Below, piece after piece: positions 61,333 to 64,000 of a stretch of 64,000 nucleotides of DNA. Where the stretch lies: positions 12,255-76,254 of the forward strand of contig JAHLMN010000005.1 of assembly GCA_018920345.1 (NCBI GenBank), in the 5' to 3' direction. Origin of the DNA: Candidatus Aenigmatarchaeota archaeon. Lineage in GTDB: Archaea > Aenigmatarchaeota > Aenigmatarchaeia > CG10238-14. The notes below the pieces were generated by a model. That model ran no database searches, was not told the origin of the DNA, and saw only the letters and a program-made list of their open reading frames with translations. Every line of letters begins with the position of its first letter. Within the stretch, counting starts at the first letter, position 1. A program made the translations under genes and the position numbers.

Positions 61333-63081
61333 ATGATAATGAGAAAATTGTCATTTCTATTAATATTTTTTTCATTTTTTATTCCTTTATCTTCTGCTCT
61401 TTGTGATAATGATAATCCTTGTCCTCCCGGATATTTGTGTATTAGTAACTCTTGTGTTAGAGCTACAACAACTACAGTTGAAACAACAACACAACCCTCA
61501 TCAGGTTCAACGCCAAGACCTCAACCCGGTGGCGGCACAGTAACAACCACAACTTACTGTGTGTGTGGTTATGTTTCTTCAGCAACATGTCCAGGTTCAG
61601 ACCCTGGAAGCAGATATTTTTATGGAAATATTTGCGGTAGTTTGCAATGTACAAAATGTGAAGTATGTCAATGTAGCGATTGGGTAAAAATAGGATGTGG
61701 AAAAGAAGGATGCGAACCAAATAAAATGGCATATAAAAGGTCTTGTTATTCCGGAAGATGCGCAACTATTGATTGTAGAAATGATATACAATGCACTAGT
61801 AATGTAATTTGTAGTTGGATAGGTAATGGGTGTTGTATTGATGGTAAAACAAAATTTAGTCTTATGTGTAATTTTGGTGAAGGACCAAAAGAAGATGATA
61901 GAGATTGTATTGGTATATGTGGCAGTTGCTCATGTACACCTTGGCAAGGTACAGGTGAAAGAGGCAATTGTCCCATAGGTTTTGAAAAACAAATTAGAAC
62001 ATGTGAACCTAAAAATATTTGTAAAGAAGATACAGAAAGATGTGTAGTTGCTGTTCAAACTCCTGTTTCACAAACATATAATCCAACAGTTCAACCACCT
62101 CCATCAACAACTTTACCATCAAACAACAATAACCCTAAAGGTTTTCATGATTCATTGGATTGTCAAATAACAACAGGATGGTCATGTGATCCTGACAATT
62201 ACAATTTACCTCTAAAAATAGAATTTTATTTGGATGGTGAAATAGGTACAGGAACTTTAATAGGAACAACAACCGCAGAAGAAACTAGAGTAGATGTAAT
62301 AACTCAATGTGGAGGAAATACAAACCATGGATTTTCTTGGCAAATACCAACTAATATTAAAGATGGCAATACACATAACATATATGTATATGCAGTTGGA
62401 GATAAAGGAGAAAAAATCAAACTAACAAATTCACCAAAAACAATACAATGTTCAAAATCCTTAACAATATCAGCAGATGTTATAAAAGATGGTTGTAGCC
62501 AAATAACAGATGCTAATAAAGACAAATGCAAAAAATATAAAGATTTGATAAGAGTAATGAGGGGAGAAAAAATCATAGTGAATGGCTATGTATATTCGGG
62601 TAATGATTTAATTTCTGGGGCAAACGTTCAAATTATTATAAAAAATTCTACTAGACAAGAGAAATTTAAATCCAACACACAAACAGGATCAAATGGTGCA
62701 TTTAGTTTTACTTATACTATAAATTCAGACTATGGTAGCTGGCTAATAGAATTAACTGCATCAAAACCAGGTTATCAAGATGGACAAACAACCTTATTGT
62801 TTGATGTTGTTGATTGCTTCAAAGATGATGACTGTCCAATTTATGCTTATTGCTCAGAAAATTTAAAATGTATCGATCTTAGAGAATTTGCAGCATCATG
62901 TAATTATTTTGATTATTGTGATAATGGAAAAATACCAGGAACTCAACAAAATTGTGTTTATGGAATACATTGTTATTCAAAAAATATACCAGAAAACGAA
63001 ATGTGGCCTTTATGTAATGATAATAATTATGCTGCACATAGCTTAATAATAAATTGCAAGTCTATAGGTAGATTAGGATGA
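61333..63081 (+). CDS. Secreted cysteine-rich protein with Thr-rich linker and CarbopepD_reg-like/Ig-like segment
   Basis: Signal peptide, more than 50 Cys in the first ~250 aa (CDNDNPCPPGYLCISNSC...), a TTTTVETTTQ linker, and VNGYVYSGNDLISGANVQIIIKN... beta-sandwich-like motifs. Confidence 0.6.
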   Translation: MIMRKLSFLLIFFSFFIPLSSALCDNDNPCPPGYLCISNSCVRATTTTVETTTQPSSGSTPRPQPGGGTVTTTTYCVCGYVSSATCPGSDPGSRYFYGNICGSLQCTKCEVCQCSDWVKIGCGKEGCEPNKMAYKRSCYSGRCATIDCRNDIQCTSNVICSWIGNGCCIDGKTKFSLMCNFGEGPKEDDRDCIGICGSCSCTPWQGTGERGNCPIGFEKQIRTCEPKNICKEDTERCVVAVQTPVSQTYNPTVQPPPSTTLPSNNNNPKGFHDSLDCQITTGWSCDPDNYNLPLKIEFYLDGEIGTGTLIGTTTAEETRVDVITQCGGNTNHGFSWQIPTNIKDGNTHNIYVYAVGDKGEKIKLTNSPKTIQCSKSLTISADVIKDGCSQITDANKDKCKKYKDLIRVMRGEKIIVNGYVYSGNDLISGANVQIIIKNSTRQEKFKSNTQTGSNGAFSFTYTINSDYGSWLIELTASKPGYQDGQTTLLFDVVDCFKDDDCPIYAYCSENLKCIDLREFAASCNYFDYCDNGKIPGTQQNCVYGIHCYSKNIPENEMWPLCNDNNYAAHSLIINCKSIGRLG

Positions 63082-63524
63082 AATTAATAAATTTACTATT
63101 AATTTTATTTATATTTAAAATTGTTTCAGCTAACGATTTTTTAATATATAACGTAGGTTATAATAAAAACAATGATATAATTATTTCTATAACAAACACA
63201 GGAAATTCTACTCTAAAAGATTTTGATGTCTATATAGATGATGTTTTAGAGAAAAAAATTAATGCACAATTAGAACCTGAATCGGCGTTTCAATTTTACA
63301 TAAAAAATGATGGTGTTAAACATAAATTAAAAATATGCTCTGAAACTATTTGTAAAGAAACAGAAATAATAGGTTTTTATGAAAAGACATATGTAAAAGG
63401 ACAAAATGAAAATAAAAAAATTGATTACATGAAAATAGCTTTAGTTTTGATAATATTAATAATTTTAGGAATAATAATTTTGCTTTTAGTAAATAAAAAA
63501 ACATTTAAAAACTTTTCTATTTAA
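63078..63524 (+). CDS. Hypothetical protein with signal peptide and C-terminal TM anchor
   Basis: N-terminal LLILFIFKIVSA and C-terminal IALVLIILIILGIIILLLV. ATGA overlap with the upstream gene. Confidence 0.5.
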   Translation: MKLINLLLILFIFKIVSANDFLIYNVGYNKNNDIIISITNTGNSTLKDFDVYIDDVLEKKINAQLEPESAFQFYIKNDGVKHKLKICSETICKETEIIGFYEKTYVKGQNENKKIDYMKIALVLIILIILGIIILLLVNKKTFKNFSI

Positions 63525-63534
63525 AAAAATAATT

Positions 63535-64000
63535 ATGAACGTAATTCAGAAATCAATATTAGGCATTATAGCTCTAGCTAATGCTTTATATGGTTCAGGT
63601 TGCTCTTTAGAGTCTAATATACAAAGAAAATTTACGGAAGCAACAAATAGTCCTGTTCAATTAATTCAAACGCAAACGCCTTATAGTCAAATTGAGCAAA
63701 CTTATCCATCACCTTTTGCTAGTACTGTAACTCCTGAAGATTTTGCTAGGAATTATTTAAAAACCAAAACACCAACAGCGACTCAAACAGTAACAGTTAC
63801 ACCAACAGCGACTCAAACACCAACAACTCCTATACCAACCATAAATATTAGTTCATTTTGTTTTTCTAGTTATAATTTAAATGGTGAGCGAACAGCAGAT
63901 TATAAATTATTTTTTGGATCATTTAATCCATATTTATCTATTTCAGATAAAATGTCTCTACCTGTTGTTAGTGAAAGCCAAGGCATTGAAATTCTAGAAT
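63535..64000 (+). CDS. Putative lipoprotein, paralogue of 58508-59779; 3' end outside the window
   Basis: Signal peptide with YGSGC lipobox-like motif. SPFASTVTPEDFARNYLKTKTPTATQT aligns with TPFTPTVTPENFARDYLRTATTTATQT of the paralogue. Confidence 0.55.
   Translation, partial: MNVIQKSILGIIALANALYGSGCSLESNIQRKFTEATNSPVQLIQTQTPYSQIEQTYPSPFASTVTPEDFARNYLKTKTPTATQTVTVTPTATQTPTTPIPTINISSFCFSSYNLNGERTADYKLFFGSFNPYLSISDKMSLPVVSESQGIEILE

Overview
The window is AT-rich archaeal DNA, probably from a small-genome, DPANN-like archaeon. The evidence is archaeal-type RNA polymerase subunits N and K, archaeal-type Ile/Ala/Tyr-tRNA synthetases, an MBF1 homologue, a DUF134/DUF5320 pair, two tRNAs without encoded CCA, and ATGA overlaps between genes. 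Nucleotides 1-19000 and 52900-64000 carry ordinary housekeeping genes: the three synthetases, an M29 aminopeptidase, YbaK-type deacylase, PduO-type adenosyltransferase, ferredoxin, cytidylate kinase, a ThiS/MoaD-like protein, Sua5/TsaC, and tRNA-Ser and tRNA-Pro. These are mixed with many small secreted or membrane proteins and several winged-helix regulators.

The centre of the window (19062-52841) is one uninterrupted 33,780-nt ORF encoding an 11,259-aa protein. It has N-terminal TM segments, then about 10,800 aa of extracellular sequence rich in N-glycosylation sequons and cysteines. That sequence includes about 20 tandem ~330-aa modules (about 1 kb each). After them come a CGDGIC...CPRDCE cysteine module, a Gly-rich hinge, CARDB-like domains, one C-terminal TM helix and a cytoplasmic FtsK/HerA-superfamily (COG0433/DUF87-like) P-loop ATPase domain with a Walker A motif (GGTGSGKT) and a DEVH box. 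The gene is preceded, with an 8-nt overlap, by a membrane-anchored winged-helix regulator whose anchor region is paralogous to the giant protein's N-terminus. Upstream of that lies an intergenic array of at least 8 TCGAC-containing motifs flanked by a second HTH gene. A SHOCT-motif coiled-coil protein follows the giant gene.

I judge this combination of regulator, giant glycosylated surface protein fused to a cytoplasmic translocase-like ATPase, and coiled-coil partner to be the most novel feature. Other points of note are an MBF1 gene with no canonical start codon, a ThiI-like THUMP protein with a degenerate PP-loop, a gene frameshifted in an A9 run, a perfect 22-bp tandem repeat upstream of the DUF5320/DUF134 operon, and perfect palindromes in two promoter regions.

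All protein-family calls are from motif recognition by eye. No database search could be run.
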